This document shows, piece by piece, positions 25,176 through 38,370 of a stretch of DNA of 60,000 nt. The notes beneath the pieces are model-generated. The model saw only the letters and a list, made by a program, of their open reading frames with translations. It did not search any database and was not told the origin of the DNA. The DNA is from Camelus dromedarius. Its lineage: Eukaryota. Location: positions 55,306,001 through 55,366,000 of the forward strand of contig NC_087437.1 in the NCBI RefSeq assembly GCF_036321535.1. Direction: 5' to 3'. Every line of letters starts with the position of its first letter. Position 1 is the first letter of the stretch. The translations under genes and the position numbers were made by a program.

Positions 25176-26499
25176 GGTTGGGGTGGCTCAGGGAGTGGGC
25201 TGGGGGTCTGGAGTGGAAGGGGAAGGGGCTGCTTCACTGGACCAGTAGACACCTGACCATCGCCTCGAACCGAAGCCAGAAGTGTTGAGGATTCTTCTCC
25301 GTCCGCACTGAATGTGGAAGGTGGAACTAGGGCTACCGCAGCTCGGTGCCCTGGGAGTTTCAAGCCGTTGCCCTTTGATTCTGTGGCAGTCAAGAGCAGA
25401 CAGAATCTTGCAAAGGAGAAGCAGCCCAGGATCGAAAAGGTGATTCACTGAAGGTCTCATTGCTCATTAGTGGCAAGTGGGAACTGCGTCTCAGGACTTC
25501 TCACTTCCGTGCCCTTCCTAGCCTTTGGGAAAGCTGAGACACAACAAAATTGTGCTTGCTTGTTGTGGATTAAATTGGAACTTGGGACTCAGCGTGAGAT
25601 GCAGGAAGGGAAATGAGATAAATGAGAATCGGATGGTGAAAACAACACAGTGGAGAATGCCAAAGCAGTTTGTCTGACTCCTATCTGATGCACAACACAC
25701 AGCAAAGCAGACAAATGTCGGTGCAGCAAAACAGAACTGGAAGAAGACGCTATTTTCAAATAAAATACGCATATTTCCAACCAGCCTTGAGCTCATCTGA
25801 TAAGGGACAGATTGTCCAGAGTAAATAGAGAGAAGAGAAAAAGATGCTTTGGGCTGAATTTAGTTCCATGTCAAAATCACGGGGGAACTTACTGCTTCTC
25901 TCTCTTCCGTTTGCTGTCTCCCCAGCGGCAAGGACTCCTAGAGCCGGGAAGGGAAACAGAGGAGATGGTATGTTCCTGCATTTGTTTGTTCTGTCATCTA
26001 TCCAACATCTCTTGAGCACCTCTGTGGCCTTACCAGGTGGCACTTCTAGCTCCTGGACCATGCTAGGTCTTAGAAAGAATGTTTAAGACACTGCCCCTGC
26101 CTCTAAGGAGAGAAGACAGATAGGTATTGAGGGAGACAGCGAACCACAATAACGAGTAATACTAGCGATGCCTGCTGTGCGCTGTTGGAACTCCAGAGAA
26201 GAGAAAGCTCATGCTGCTGAAATTTCTCAGTTGACAGCCGGGCTGCTAGTTCCTGTTTGCTTCCGTGGCTGTTGCCTGGATCTGTGCACCATCACTGTGT
26301 TCCTCCCTCCAAACGACTCCCGGGGAAGGTGCCCAGCTGGACGGTAGGGATGTGGGATTCTCATAGGCAGAACCCATTCACCATCAGTGATGCGTGTCTG
26401 TGGACCAGGGGCAAACCAAGGGTGGGAGGTGGTTCCGGTTCAGACACGGTGAGAATCAGTACCTACCTGTGCGTCTCTCCCACCCAAATGCTGCCCCCG

Positions 26500-26633
26500 G
26501 CACATCTGTAAGAGAACAGCCCTGCTGAGGCCAGGGTGAGAGCTGGCTGTGTGCTCGTGGGGTGCTACACCATCCCCATCTGAGAAACGGCAGGAGGAGA
26601 GGAGGTCTCCTAAACCAGTGGTTGGAAACCCAA
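26500..26633 (+). other. TPRG1: Probable non-coding first exon of TPRG1 (start approximate)
   Basis: Unique, ATG-free, GC-rich stretch ending at a consensus donor CAA|GTAAGT (26633/26634), about 30 kb upstream of the coding exon, in line with my recollection of a long TPRG1 intron 1. Enhancer-like motifs lie 2-3 kb upstream. Inference only. Confidence 0.5.
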
Positions 26634-29600
26634 GTAAGTAGCAACCTACATTCTCTCTCAGGGATGACAGGATTGAAACAGAGGAGGAAAGGGGGCTAAA
26701 CAGTAAAGGCTGTCACAGAAGAGAGAGAGGGGGCAACATACCAAGAGAAATGATCCCTAAGCGCCTACTTGTAAACATTTTCTCTGATTCTCTGCTCCTT
26801 GGTGTTGAGCGTGTTGACCTCCACCAGGAGATGCGTACGCAGCCTAGGACGTAGCTGGAAATAGTGGACACGAGATGAATCCTCTGATATACCCATCGCC
26901 ATAGCACTGCTTGTTCATGCCTAGAACCAGCATTGACAAAGCCGGTGAATTAACAAAGCTCCAGAACCTCACTGTCTCCCTCAACAGCCCAGGGAGCTGG
27001 GTGGGTCTGTATAATAATTCCCAGTGCAAGGAAGAGGCGACTGAGGCCTGGGGGAGACTGAGCTATTTGCTGCTGATCCCAGGGAGTGGAGGACGACGGA
27101 CCAGAGTCCTTGTTTTCTCTGTGACATTCTCTCTTCTGCTCGTGTCCTTCCTGGGGGTACTGTCTCCCGCTCCATTTAGCACAGGGTGTTGGGGGGACAG
27201 GAGTGCGGTGTGAGCTGGGAGAAGCGTTCAGCAGCCCTTGGAAATTAGTGATAATTAGATAGCTGCTGCACGGACGTGCAATGTCTCTGTGCAGTCTCTT
27301 GCCCTTTAAACGAGCTCAATCCAGCAATAACTTCACACAGCAATGCAATTCGTTTGGTCCTACTCTTAAATGATCAGGCTGGGATCCAGCATCTCTCCGT
27401 TCCTCCCTGCTTTTTACCCCCAACCGGAGCCATCATAAAGACATTTGGAGCTGAGTGGGAACAGTATTTGTCTCACAATTACTTCTAATTGCCCTGTAGT
27501 TTTGTGGCGTATAAGTGGTGTGACCTACATACCAGTTATATGAAACTCTTTTCATCCTAGAGTCTATATTAAGGAGGAGATAAATCAAGGAACAGTGGCT
27601 CAGTCCATCTCACAGTTAACATTTATATCCCTGCCACCGTTGGTACTTGTTGAAACGCCAGCTCTTCTTAACAGCCCAGATCTAAGGCTGCCTCTTCCTC
27701 TGTGAAGCCTCCCTGGATTGTTCCTTCTTTCGGCTTCCCACAGCTCTTGTTCTGATCCTATTTGAGGTGCTCAGCATTTTCTGCATATTTCATCTTCCTG
27801 AACTCCCTATGCCAGAGACCATGTCTAGTTTATTTTTCAATCCTGCTCCGCTCTGAGAACTAAGAGTAGCCGAGGTCGTTGCTCAAATAGCAGAGGAGGA
27901 GGTCGTCACTCAGTTAAGCACTTATGGAGGGAAAGCATTCATCAAGTACGTTGCAGACATTGAGGGGGCTTGTGAAAAGACCCGTGGCCCTGTGATCCTT
28001 TCCACAGTTCATCTTACTGTATACTGACTCTCGGCATACAGAAGTCTTATTTGGGTTTCAAAATCGATTCGTTGAGACTCAGTTACATTTTCTAGCGATT
28101 GTTGCTGTATCGGGTCTTATCCTACGTTCATTTTCATATGCTGCCTTTCAACTCTTACCCCCATCTCTGAAGGAGAAATAATATCCCCAATGTACAGAAA
28201 TATCAGCTCAGAATGGTAAAAAACATACCTTGCCATAGGCTGTAAAGCCATTGAATGCAGCTCAGGATTCATTAAATAGATACTGATTAATCACCATTCA
28301 CTCAAAAAAATTCAGTAGTATTTATTTAGTGCTTGCCACGTGCTGGGCACCAGGGGGACTATATGGGAGAATAAGGTGGAGTTGTTACCCTCAAGGAGCT
28401 CACAGTCTTCTGAGAGGGGCACACACTTAAATGGAAGCAACTGCGTGTGGCAAATACTCTAGTGAGAACACTGACCTGAGACTGTTCTCATAAACACGTC
28501 CTTCTTGCTGTACATGACCTCTGCTCTCCTGATGTGAACGTGGTGGTGATGCTCAAAGTCACAAGTGTCCCCCAAATCAAGTCATCAAAAAAGAATGTTA
28601 ATAAAGGAATATAGTTTTCAGATTTAAGCTTTGGACAGAAGCCTGCTCCTGCTCACCCCATCCGAAGATTTTCATCAAAGGGAGTTGGCAGAAAAATCTA
28701 GGACTTCTTGAAGGAGAGGATGGGAGGGAGAGGTGTGTCACTGTAGAATGAGAAAGGCCTCACCCGCTCCAGTTCCCCGTCTCTGACAGGTGGAGTTCCA
28801 CCCTGTAAACACCCTCATCCTTTCGTGTGACCCTTTGTTGGAGGTTGAGCAAGTCACCCTCAGCCCTCTTGGTGAGGCAAGGTTCAGACCGAGTTGGGTG
28901 ACAGCACGAGCACATCCTCTTATTTAGCTTCTTCTGGACCAGCCACACCTCCACTGGCAACTGTCTGTGGTCTGGCCCCCTTCGTCCAACAAGAGAAGAA
29001 AATCCTTGAGGACCGGCCACAGTCTCGCCAGGTAAGGCCAGGCGGCTTGTCACTGGTTCTGCAAAGAGTTGGGGTTTTTCTCTCTGAGCTGACTCCTCCT
29101 GTCCCCGACCTGTGCCTCTGGTCCCCTCCACCACTGCCTCACAGTCCCATCTAGGCACCGGTTCTCCATGGCCCCATGAAACTTATGCTGTATCCTTTCC
29201 AACGTCTCAGGGTTGACGAGACTTGCAGACCAGCTTTTTCAGCCTACAAACTCCCTGACATACTTGTCTCTGTATTGATTTTGGTCTTAACTGCCCTGTG
29301 AGGACGGCAGGAGAGATATAATTTTCTTCATTGAGTGGCTTAGGAACTGAGGCTCAGTGACTTGAAGTGATTTGTCTGAGTTTGATCTGCAGACTGAGGC
29401 CAAGATTAGATTTGATTCCTCCTTCTCTCTCCCTTTACCACCCCACCTAGCAGGTCATACCTTATCTCAAAAAGCCAAGAGGAGTGAAAGGGCTTCCTGA
29501 ACTGTCAAATGGCAAACAGAAGGCACTCTTTTCTTGTAGGCAGATCGGGAGGGAGATTTTTGAATTCATCTGAGAGAGATTTTATCGTGACATATAGGCT

Positions 29601-30793
29601 CCATCAAATGGACTCTTTGGGGGGAACAAATGAGCATGTGTATGGAAAGAGGCCTTGGAAATTGAAAACCGATATATAACTTCCAGAAGATGACTATGTG
29701 GAGCCTGACACATGCTCTGGCTTCTATTTGGGGCTGAAATGACACTCTCCTAATGTCAACAGCAGTCGTACGAGGCGCTGATCACAAAGGCCCTGGGGAA
29801 ACATTTTAGCTTTTCCATCTTACTGTGGTATATGGAAAAGCAAATTTCAATGAGGGGGGGGACACCCCCAAATCCTTTCAAACTGACTCCTGCAATTTCC
29901 TCTCTGATGACAGCTATCATTATACGGCATTGTTCTGCCGTTTTAAGAAAATCTCATCTTCAGTGATTATGTCGTTTATTTTTTAAGATGCTAATTTTAG
30001 CTATCATTTTTCTCTTCATGCTGTAAAGGTTGTATCGTTCTCAGTTGTAGAAGGAAATGTTTCCTTTGTGTGTGCGTGCGCGCTCGTGTGTCTGTTTGAG
30101 TTTGTTATGACAGTGCTAATGTTCATCCCCCTGGGCCCCCCACAAGGCAGTGGGTTGCATTGCTACGTAATCTTTAGCAGGCTTCTGTATATTCTTAGTG
30201 TCTTTGTGGCTGTAAGGGTCTTGATGGAAATCACTTAATCAATTATCTTATTCGAAATAAAGTAACCGAAGCCCAGAAAGATGACATGACGTGCGTAAGA
30301 CCAGGCAGCCGGTGATCACTGAGGCTGTAACCCTTACGTTGCCCACCACATGCAGTGAATGGTGCTGGGTATCCTTAAGTAGAAGCATGAGCTGTGTGCC
30401 GTTTTGGGGTCTGTACAGATGCCCTTTAAGACTCCTTTCAGTTACAGGTTTTAGAGCACTTTGACCATTTTTAAGCATCCAGTGGAAATGTCATCCTACC
30501 CTGCAGAGTAGGGAACTTCTCCCAAGAAGCATCTTTCCTTATTAACTTGACTCTTGTGAAATACTTGTTTTAACCAAATTTTGGACCTTCTCCTTAGGTA
30601 TAGGGTTGGGAGATGGGCAAGCAATGGTGGTGTCTTCAGTTGAACTAGTAGCAAATATTGACCATCCAGGAAATTTCTTGTAGAAGTTCAGGTATCTAAT
30701 TTTTCAGGGAGATCGGAAGACCCATCAGCAGTGGCTCCACATTCCCACCCTCCGCTGGGTCTGGGCAGCGTGTGGTCCTTGTGGGTGGAGCCT

Positions 30794-30845
30794 GTGACCC
30801 CCAGTCCTCCACGGTCCCCGTGACCCCCAGTCCTCCACGGTCCCT
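30794..30845. repeat. 26-bp tandem duplication
   Basis: gtgacccccagtcctccacggtccc(c/t) twice. Confidence 0.93.
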
Positions 30846-32629
30846 GTGGGACCTGACGGAGGTGAACGGGTATTTGGGTTTGTCGATACTTCTCTCTTCC
30901 AATCTCTGATGGGTTCAAATCATTCTCTTTCAAGGGAAACCTAGTTGGTTCCACATAATGAAAGGCCAGACCACAGATCAATGACACCAGGGAGGAAATG
31001 AAATTAATTCTTTGGCCCTAACCTCATTATTTAAGAGGTAGGAAAAATGATGACTTCAACAGAATATGCCTTTGGCCCTGGTACCTGTGCAGGATATTAA
31101 GCCAGATATCAAGGCTCAGTGACTTGAAAGCAGAAGTGTTAAACAAGATGACACAACTCCAACATCATCTCCAGGTTCAAGAGAAAAAGAAGGAAAATTG
31201 ACAAATGCTGAATAATACTCTCTACTCAATAGATCAATGACATAAAGATAAGAAAAGGTATTATGATGTATGCAAGCACATGGGTAACAGCACGGTGCCT
31301 ACATTCCCAAAGAGAACAAAACAAACTGCTGAAATCTTGGAATCTAGCCCAACAGTGTGTTTGCTATAATGCACCCACTGATGACATCTTCACCTCTTGA
31401 TCACTTATGGTGGACATCACCCTAAGCATGGGGACTCAGGCATGAAGAGAAATGACCCTTCCCCACAGGGGCTTCACTGGTATTGAAATGGTGTACACAC
31501 ATAAGTGCAGTCCAAGAGAAATATGAGACATGCTGCAAGAGGAAGAAAGCAATGTTGTTGTTTTACTGAACAAGAAGGGACTCATGACAATAGTCAGGTT
31601 GCCATTAGAGGGGAGGTTGCAAGGAGGAAGTGACATTTGACCTGGGCTTTGGACAGAGAGAGGTGAGAAGAGTTTCCAGCAAAAAACAAATTTAAACAAA
31701 CTCATAAGTCAGTACTGTCTGAAAAGTACTTGAGAGATAACATTTACTGGGCTAGTGGGACTGACGGAGGAATGAGGCTGGCTGTTTGGGTCTGCACCAG
31801 ATCCTGGGCACTGAGTGGCAGGCTGAGGGCTTCAGATCAGGCATAACACGGTGGATCTGAAGAGCAGGACAACTATCGGCTAGACATGTAGTTCAAGTTC
31901 ATGACTATCCACGTCCATAGTTTGGCAGTGTCAGAACACCTGTGTGGATACCACTGAGCTCAGCCTTAAGTTTTTCAGGAGAATTAACAGAAAAAAAAAA
32001 AAACCCACAGAACTGAGCACTTCTGAACACAGTGGACAGTATCAGATACTTGGCAAGGGAGGCCAGGTGGTAATATACAGTGAAATTAGAAAGATGGATG
32101 AAAATATTTTAAAAATACATTGAGCAACTTATAAAGGATATTTTATGAAAAAATATAGCCAAATCTTTTTTTTAGTAAGTCTATTCTGCTGGGTTATCTC
32201 AAAGTTAGAAAAGTGATATTGCATAAGTTCTTAACTTGTAGGGTGTGGTGGAGGCTTATTTTTAGTTGATAAGCTTTGTCATTTGGTCTGGGAAGCTGTC
32301 ATCTGGTAATGAATAGTTATAGGAGGTTCATGGATGCCCCAGGCCTGGACTCTTCCGTAATAAACACTTCCGGAGAACTTCACAAATATGTGAACACTTT
32401 GTTGTGGTTTACAGCATCCTCATGAGCTACAGGAAGGTTCTCGTCTTGTGAAGGGCTCTACCAGTCATCAGAACAAGATTTACACAGATATATTGGGTAA
32501 CCAAACTTTTATCATTTTCATACACATGGTTGTATGAGATTGGTTCAGAATTATCTCTCCTTGGTCTCTGCTTCAAGGGAACTAGGTGGGTGTTATGGCT
32601 CAGAGTAAAAGGAAGTATTTGAATAAGAT

Positions 32630-34300
32630 TCATTCATTTGAAACTGTTTATTGAACATCTGTTCAATAGAAACATCAAGTTTCATTCATTAAAATCTACT
32701 TACTGAATCTGTGTTCTAGGGCTTGCAGCAGTGAAGAAAAAGAAAGTCTGTGCCCTCAGGTAGCTTATATTTCTAATGGGACAGATGGAAAAATAAATAA
32801 AATCAACCATTAAAATATATAATGTATGAGGTACAGAGGAAAAAGGACAGAGCAGGGGATAGGAAGTTTTGGGGAGTTGAGATTTGGGAGAGGGTGCTTA
32901 GGGAGAAATAAGTTGTTATTTGAGTAAAGATGTTTACAATATGAGAGAGCAAAGCATGTAAATAACTGGTGAAACAGCATTCCAGGCAACTAGCACAGCA
33001 AGTGCAAAGGTCCTGAGGCAGAATCATGTCTTCTTGGCACCTTTGAGAAAAAGGCATAGATTAAACTGAGAGAAAAAAACCTTTGGAAATCAAATTAGAA
33101 AGATGATGGTGGAGTGGGATGCCACAGTGACATTCAGGGTCCTGCGAGACACGAGACAACCTGTGACATTCACTCCAAGTGAAATGGGAGCCATTTGCAA
33201 ATTTTGGACAGAGGAATGACATGGTGTGACTTCCATTTCAAAGGAATCTCTCTGTGTGTTGAGAATAGATGAAGGTGGGGTGGGGAGAAGGCAGGCAGAA
33301 CAGGGAGATTCATTAGAGAGTTATTGCTATAACCCAGATGATTGCTGTGGAAGCTTGGGCACACATGTAGTAGTGGAGGTGATGACAAGTTTGTCGATCT
33401 TAGGTTTGATTGACTGAATGGGGAGTCATGAGACAGGAAGGAGGCAAGTAAGACTCCAAGATTTTTGCTGAGCAACTGGTAGAAAGGAGAGGCCTTTATC
33501 TGAGATGAAAACCATGAGAGGAACAGGTTTTTGAAGGTACATCAGGAACTTACTTTTAGACAGGAGGCCATTGGAGATGTCGAGTAGTGACTGAACATAT
33601 GAATCTTGGATTCAGTGAGGATATATCTGAGCTGAAGATAAAAGCGGGAGTGATCGATACATACATGATATTTACAGCAAAGGAACTGAATGAGCGCTTC
33701 AAGGGAGTTCATACAGACAGACGAGAGAGGAGGTTTAGGGGTGACCTTTGGGGTGCTGTAACATTTTGGGTTAGGGAAGTGGGGAGAATCTGGCCAATAG
33801 TGCACTAAAGGGGAAAGGGCATGGTGGGGGTGGTCCCATACTAGCAAAGGGAATTTTATCACTGACATTGTTTAGGATCCCCAGCACATGGTAATAATGA
33901 AAAACATTTTCATTTACATTTTCTGTAGACAACAAACCCACCCCTTTGTCCTCTGCACCCTGGAGCAGACCACTCCTCCCACCCTCTCTCCCCTCTGGTT
34001 CCATGGGAACCAAGAAAGGAGATAGAGGAGGAGCAGCTGAAATGGTAGGTGAACACTAGGAGAGAGTGCTGTGTGCTGGGATCCCAGAGAAGGAGGCTGC
34101 CAAGGAGGAGGGGGCTCGGATGGCACAGATGCTGCCGAGAGATGGAGGAGATGATGTCCGAGCATGGAGCATGTGGCAGCACAGCATGGCTGGGTTGGGT
34201 TCAAGAGAGGAAGGGAGAAGGGGAAGTGGTGAATACAGGCTTTGCTTTCAAGGAGCTCATTTGTAATCGGATCCAGAGAAATTGCGCACAAGCTAGAAGG
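32630..34300 (-). mobile_element. LINE-2 remnant
   Basis: ttcattcatt...tactgaa 3' end; agcaagtgcaaaggtcctgaggcaga, gaaatgggagccatt...gaggaatgacatg and gactccaagatttttgctgagcaactgg motifs. Confidence 0.75.
33798..34005. mobile_element. hAT-type MITE (MER97-like) inserted in an L2
   Basis: G-rich left and C-rich right degenerate terminal inverted repeats; core attttatcactgacattgtttag...catggtaataat. Confidence 0.45.
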
Positions 34301-35163
34301 GAAAGACAGAGGCTTCTTTTCCCCTTAGGATGAGAGAAAGATGATAGAAATACACTTCGGTAGAGACTGTGGCTTGATTGAAACACAGAGATAAAAGCAT
34401 TTAATTTTATCTCTTCCACTGCCGTAAGCAGTCCTGATAAAGGTGGTTGTCTTATATTTTCTCAGGGAAAGAAAATAAAGCTCAGGGGGTTGAAGTCACC
34501 TGCCCCAAATCCCACAGAAAATTAATAACAAGTAGGACTCAAACCTGGGTTCAAAAAGACAAATTCTCTTCACGGCCACCCCCTCATACAGATAATTTGG
34601 GGATCATTTACAGCTTTGGAACTCTCCATGAAGCTCTGGAAACTTTTGCTTTGTTACTGTTTAGGGACCTTTCACAAATCCCAGGAATTTGTGCTTCTCA
34701 GGTATGTCTCCCGAGCTGCAGGTGCTGTTGAACCAGAAGCAGGATGTCTGGGGCCCAGGGAGGGAGCTAGAACTCAACATCTGCATCCGTGAAAACTTGA
34801 CACTGTTCGGAAAGAGTCCTTCAAATATGGTCCACACAGGGCTTCAGGGTGAGCCATCTGACGCTGGAGGATGGGAACGCATGTTCTTACGCCTGTAACC
34901 TTGGACTTACTGTTGCATTGGCCTCTCTTTTAGTTGTGAATTTGCATCTACTTACTGACATGCGTGATACGTCCTTAATGCTGTCTGCTTTCTGTCACTC
35001 GAGAATCACACATTGTTAAAGCTCTGTTTACGCAGAGCCCCAACCACACCTTTTAGGGTCAAACCTGCCTGACCCCCAGTCGGGATAGTGCTAATATAGC
35101 TACTCTATACACAGGGATACATTGAAACACCTATTATTTCATCCAGCCCAGGACAATGCATGT

Positions 35164-35593
35164 TGTTAACCAAGATTTCAGAAACGGAGACCTGATTGAA
35201 ATAAAGAGAAGTTTATTTGGGGGTTGTTAGGACCACAGCCTAGTTGATGCAGATTCGCAGACACTTGAACTGTGCTCTGCTGGACAACAAAATGCAGGAA
35301 GCTTAAAAAGGCAGAAGCCACAAGGCCACTGTTGGTTACATAAGTTGTTTGTCAACAATCATAAGCAGCCGGCAAGAAGTGAGAATTCTTGTTAGGCAAG
35401 ATCGGTTGGGGTCTAAAATGGTTGCATAGCTACAAGAGGGGACCTTGAGACTGTAAGGTGGCTGCTGGCAGATGCTGTTTGAATATGGCTGGTGGTGTCC
35501 TGGGGTAAAGAAAGTCAGATTCTCAGTGATGCAGAATGTGTCTGAGACTAGGTCCTCAGGGGCCACCCGGCTCCATTTTTGTGTACCTCAACT
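35164..35593 (-). mobile_element. ERV1-like solo LTR
   Basis: Left end TGTTAAC; tttatt (AATAAA on minus) near 35213; minus strand begins gttgaggtacacaaaaatggagcc, resembling ERV1 LTR 5' ends. Confidence 0.55.
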
Positions 35594-35715
35594 ATGATTA
35601 TTCCATTATAATTTCAACTTGACATCAAGGTCCAGAATAGAAAGCTGTACACACCATTTGTCTCCCCATGACTCCCCAGCCTCCTGTCTGGTGGCATCTG
35701 TGCTCTCCCATCATT

Positions 35716-36517
35716 TTTTTTTTTAATTGAAGTATAGTCAGATTACAATGTGTCAGTTTCTGGTGTACAGCATAATGCTTCAGTCATCCATGCACATATT
35801 TATATTCCTTTTCATATTCTTTTTCATTATAGATTACTACAAGATACTGAATATAGTTCCCTGTGCTATACAGAATAATTTTTAAATGTATTTTATATAT
35901 AGTCATTAATATTTGCAAATCTCGAACTTCCAATTTATCCCTTCCCACCCTCTTTCCTCCCAGTAACCATAAGATTATTTACTGTGTCTGTGAGTCTGTT
36001 TCTGTTTTGTAGATGAGTTCATTAGTGTCTTCTTTCTTCTTTTTTTAGATTCCACATATGAGTGACATCATATGGTATTTTTCTTTCTCTTTCTGGCTTA
36101 CTTCACTTAGAATGACAATCTCCAGGTCCATCCATGTTGCTGCGAATGACATTATTTTATTCACTTTTATGGCTGTATAGTATTCCACTGTATACATATA
36201 ACACATCTTCTTTATCCAGTCATCTGTTGATGGACATTTAGGTTGTTTCCACGTCTTGGCTATTGTAAATAGTGCTGCTGTGAGCATTGGGGTGCAGGTG
36301 TCTTTTTGAATTAAGGTTCCTTCTGGATATATGCCAAGGAGTGGGATTGCTGGATCATATGATAAGTCTATTTTTAGCTTTTTGAGGAATCTCCATACTA
36401 TTTTCTATAAAGGCTGCACCAAACTACATTCCCACCAAAGTGTAGGAGGGTTCCTTTTTCTCCACAGCCTCTCCAGCATTTATCATTTGTGGACTCTAAC
36501 GATGGCCATTCTGACTG
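35716..36517 (-). mobile_element. LINE-1 3' fragment including the ORF2 C-terminus (non-functional)
   Basis: ORF 36045-36287(-) AALFTIAKTWKQPKCPSTDDWIKKM...SFAATWMDLEIVILSEVSQKEK is the canonical L1 ORF2 C-terminus. Poly(T) at the left end; 11-bp TSD ctcccatcatt at 35705-35715 and 36518-36528. Confidence 0.93.
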
Positions 36518-37446
36518 CTCCCATCATTCACAGCACCAAAAGGAAACTCCTGGAGTAAAATATAAACCTCACCTTTCAGTAGCAGGTCGTACTGGGCCCT
36601 TGGTGTCTGCTTTTCTTTGTGCAAGAGCCCCTTCGATCCATATGTGTCCGGACAGCTCAGTGTGACTCTGCAGCCCCTTTGCGATGTTTCCATTGCACTT
36701 TGTGCAGATTACTATCTAGGCTTCATCCAGCCGTCTGGTAATTATCTACTTGCAAATCTAATTCTTTCACAGCGTACTCCTCAAAAACAGAAAGAAATTA
36801 CATTTGTAGATTTTCCTCTACTCTATACCTCTCTCTCTTTTCCCTTGGCACAATGATTGGCACAGAGAAGGTCCCGCCCAAATGTGTGTGAGTTAATCAG
36901 TCTGTACCATGCCCCAGAGTTTCACTATGGAGGTTAATCTAAGTCATATAAGAAAAAAAGTGGAGTATCCAAGTTAAGATGTTCTTATATGTAGAATTAA
37001 GAAATCAGGACGATCAAATCTACAATTTGGAAGCCACTGACGTGGTTCATTTTGCTCAATAGTCAGGGAGATGTAAACCTGCATAACTGATGTGTCCATT
37101 TTGAAGTTTCACACCATCGTTACTCATCCCTGGAACCCTCACTAGTGCCCCCACAACCATAATCAGTAACAGCTATTGATGCCATAAAAAGTTGTTTGAT
37201 TGTTCATGATTTAATAAGTGAGGAATTCTTGTGGATGAATCAGACAAAAAAGATGAAACTAATAAAAATGTCCAAACATACACACTTCCTAAGCTTTTAA
37301 TCTCACAACTAAAAAAAAAAAAATTGCAAATTAAAACAAATATTGACTACCTTAAACTGTTAATTTCCATATATATATATATACACACACATGTATTTTA
37401 AATTATAAAACCCTCTCCAGACCTGCAGAAAAATGGGTTTAATGTT

Positions 37447-37772
37447 CTTTTTTTTATTTTTGTAATTTTTAAAGTATTGAGGTAAAATTGGCATCTAACA
37501 TTATTTCAGGTGCATAGTGTAATGACTTGATATTTGTATATATTGGGAATTGATCACCACAATAAGTCCAGTTACCATCCATCACCACACAGTTACCATT
37601 TTTTTTCTTGTGATGAGATGTTTTAAGAGCTGCTTTCTTAGCAACTTTCAAATATACAATACAAATATGCAAATATGTATATACTGTGCATACAGTGTGG
37701 TGTAACTATAGTCATCATGTCATCATACTGTACATGACATCTCCAGGACTTACTCATTTTATGACTGAAAGA
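37447..37772 (-). mobile_element. LINE-1 3' end fragment (L1MA-like)
   Basis: Poly(T) then gttaccatccatcaccacacagttacc...ttcttgtgatgaga...cttagcaactttcaaatatacaatac...ccaggacttactcattttatgactgaaag. Confidence 0.8.
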
Positions 37773-38119
37773 TTTTTTTTTAGGATTCCTGAAATGGGCT
37801 TCGTGTTCTGCTGAGACTTAAATTGCTACAACATTTCTGGGAGGGGTAATTTAGACATATGTACAAAGAACCTTTAATCTTTAACCCAGCATTTCCCTTT
37901 CCAGGAATTTATACTACAGAAAAAAATAAAGGATTATGAAAAATTTACCTACAAGGGTCTTCAGTGTATTGTTATTATAGAAACAAAGGAAAAAAAGAAC
38001 ATGAACAAGTAATGATAAGGGATGAGCTAACTAAATATGGGTGATCGTATAACGGAACCGTATTGGAACCGTCTTCATCCACTAACACATTGTTGCAGGA
38101 AATTATTTGTGAACTGAGG

Positions 38120-38370
38120 AGTGTAGCACTGTGCTGGAAAACAGGGGCTTGAGGTCCAAGAGATCTTTGATCAACTTAAACTCTTATCGCTGACTGTGCA
38201 ACTTTGAACAAATTCCTCAACTTTTCTGAGTTTCAGTGTATTAATCTATAAAATGAGGTTAATTGTAACACCTGGACCATAGGGCTATGGTGAGTGTGAA
38301 ATGAGCCAGTGCAGTTAAAGCCCAGTGTTGGGGCCACAGTAAGTGCATAATAAACATTGCTACTATCGTC
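38120..38370 (+). mobile_element. MIR SINE
   Basis: actgtgcaactttgaacaaattcctcaacttttctgagtttcagtgtattaatctataaaatgagg...agggctatggtgagtgtgaaatgag...cagtaagtgcataataaacattgcta. Confidence 0.75.

Noticed and set aside
24000..27000. Full p63 response element at the presumed promoter
   Set aside because: My manual scan found only half-sites or wrongly spaced CWWG pairs.
36045..36287. ORF with clear protein similarity, as a host gene
   Set aside because: It is the L1 ORF2 C-terminus within a 5'-truncated L1 with TSDs.
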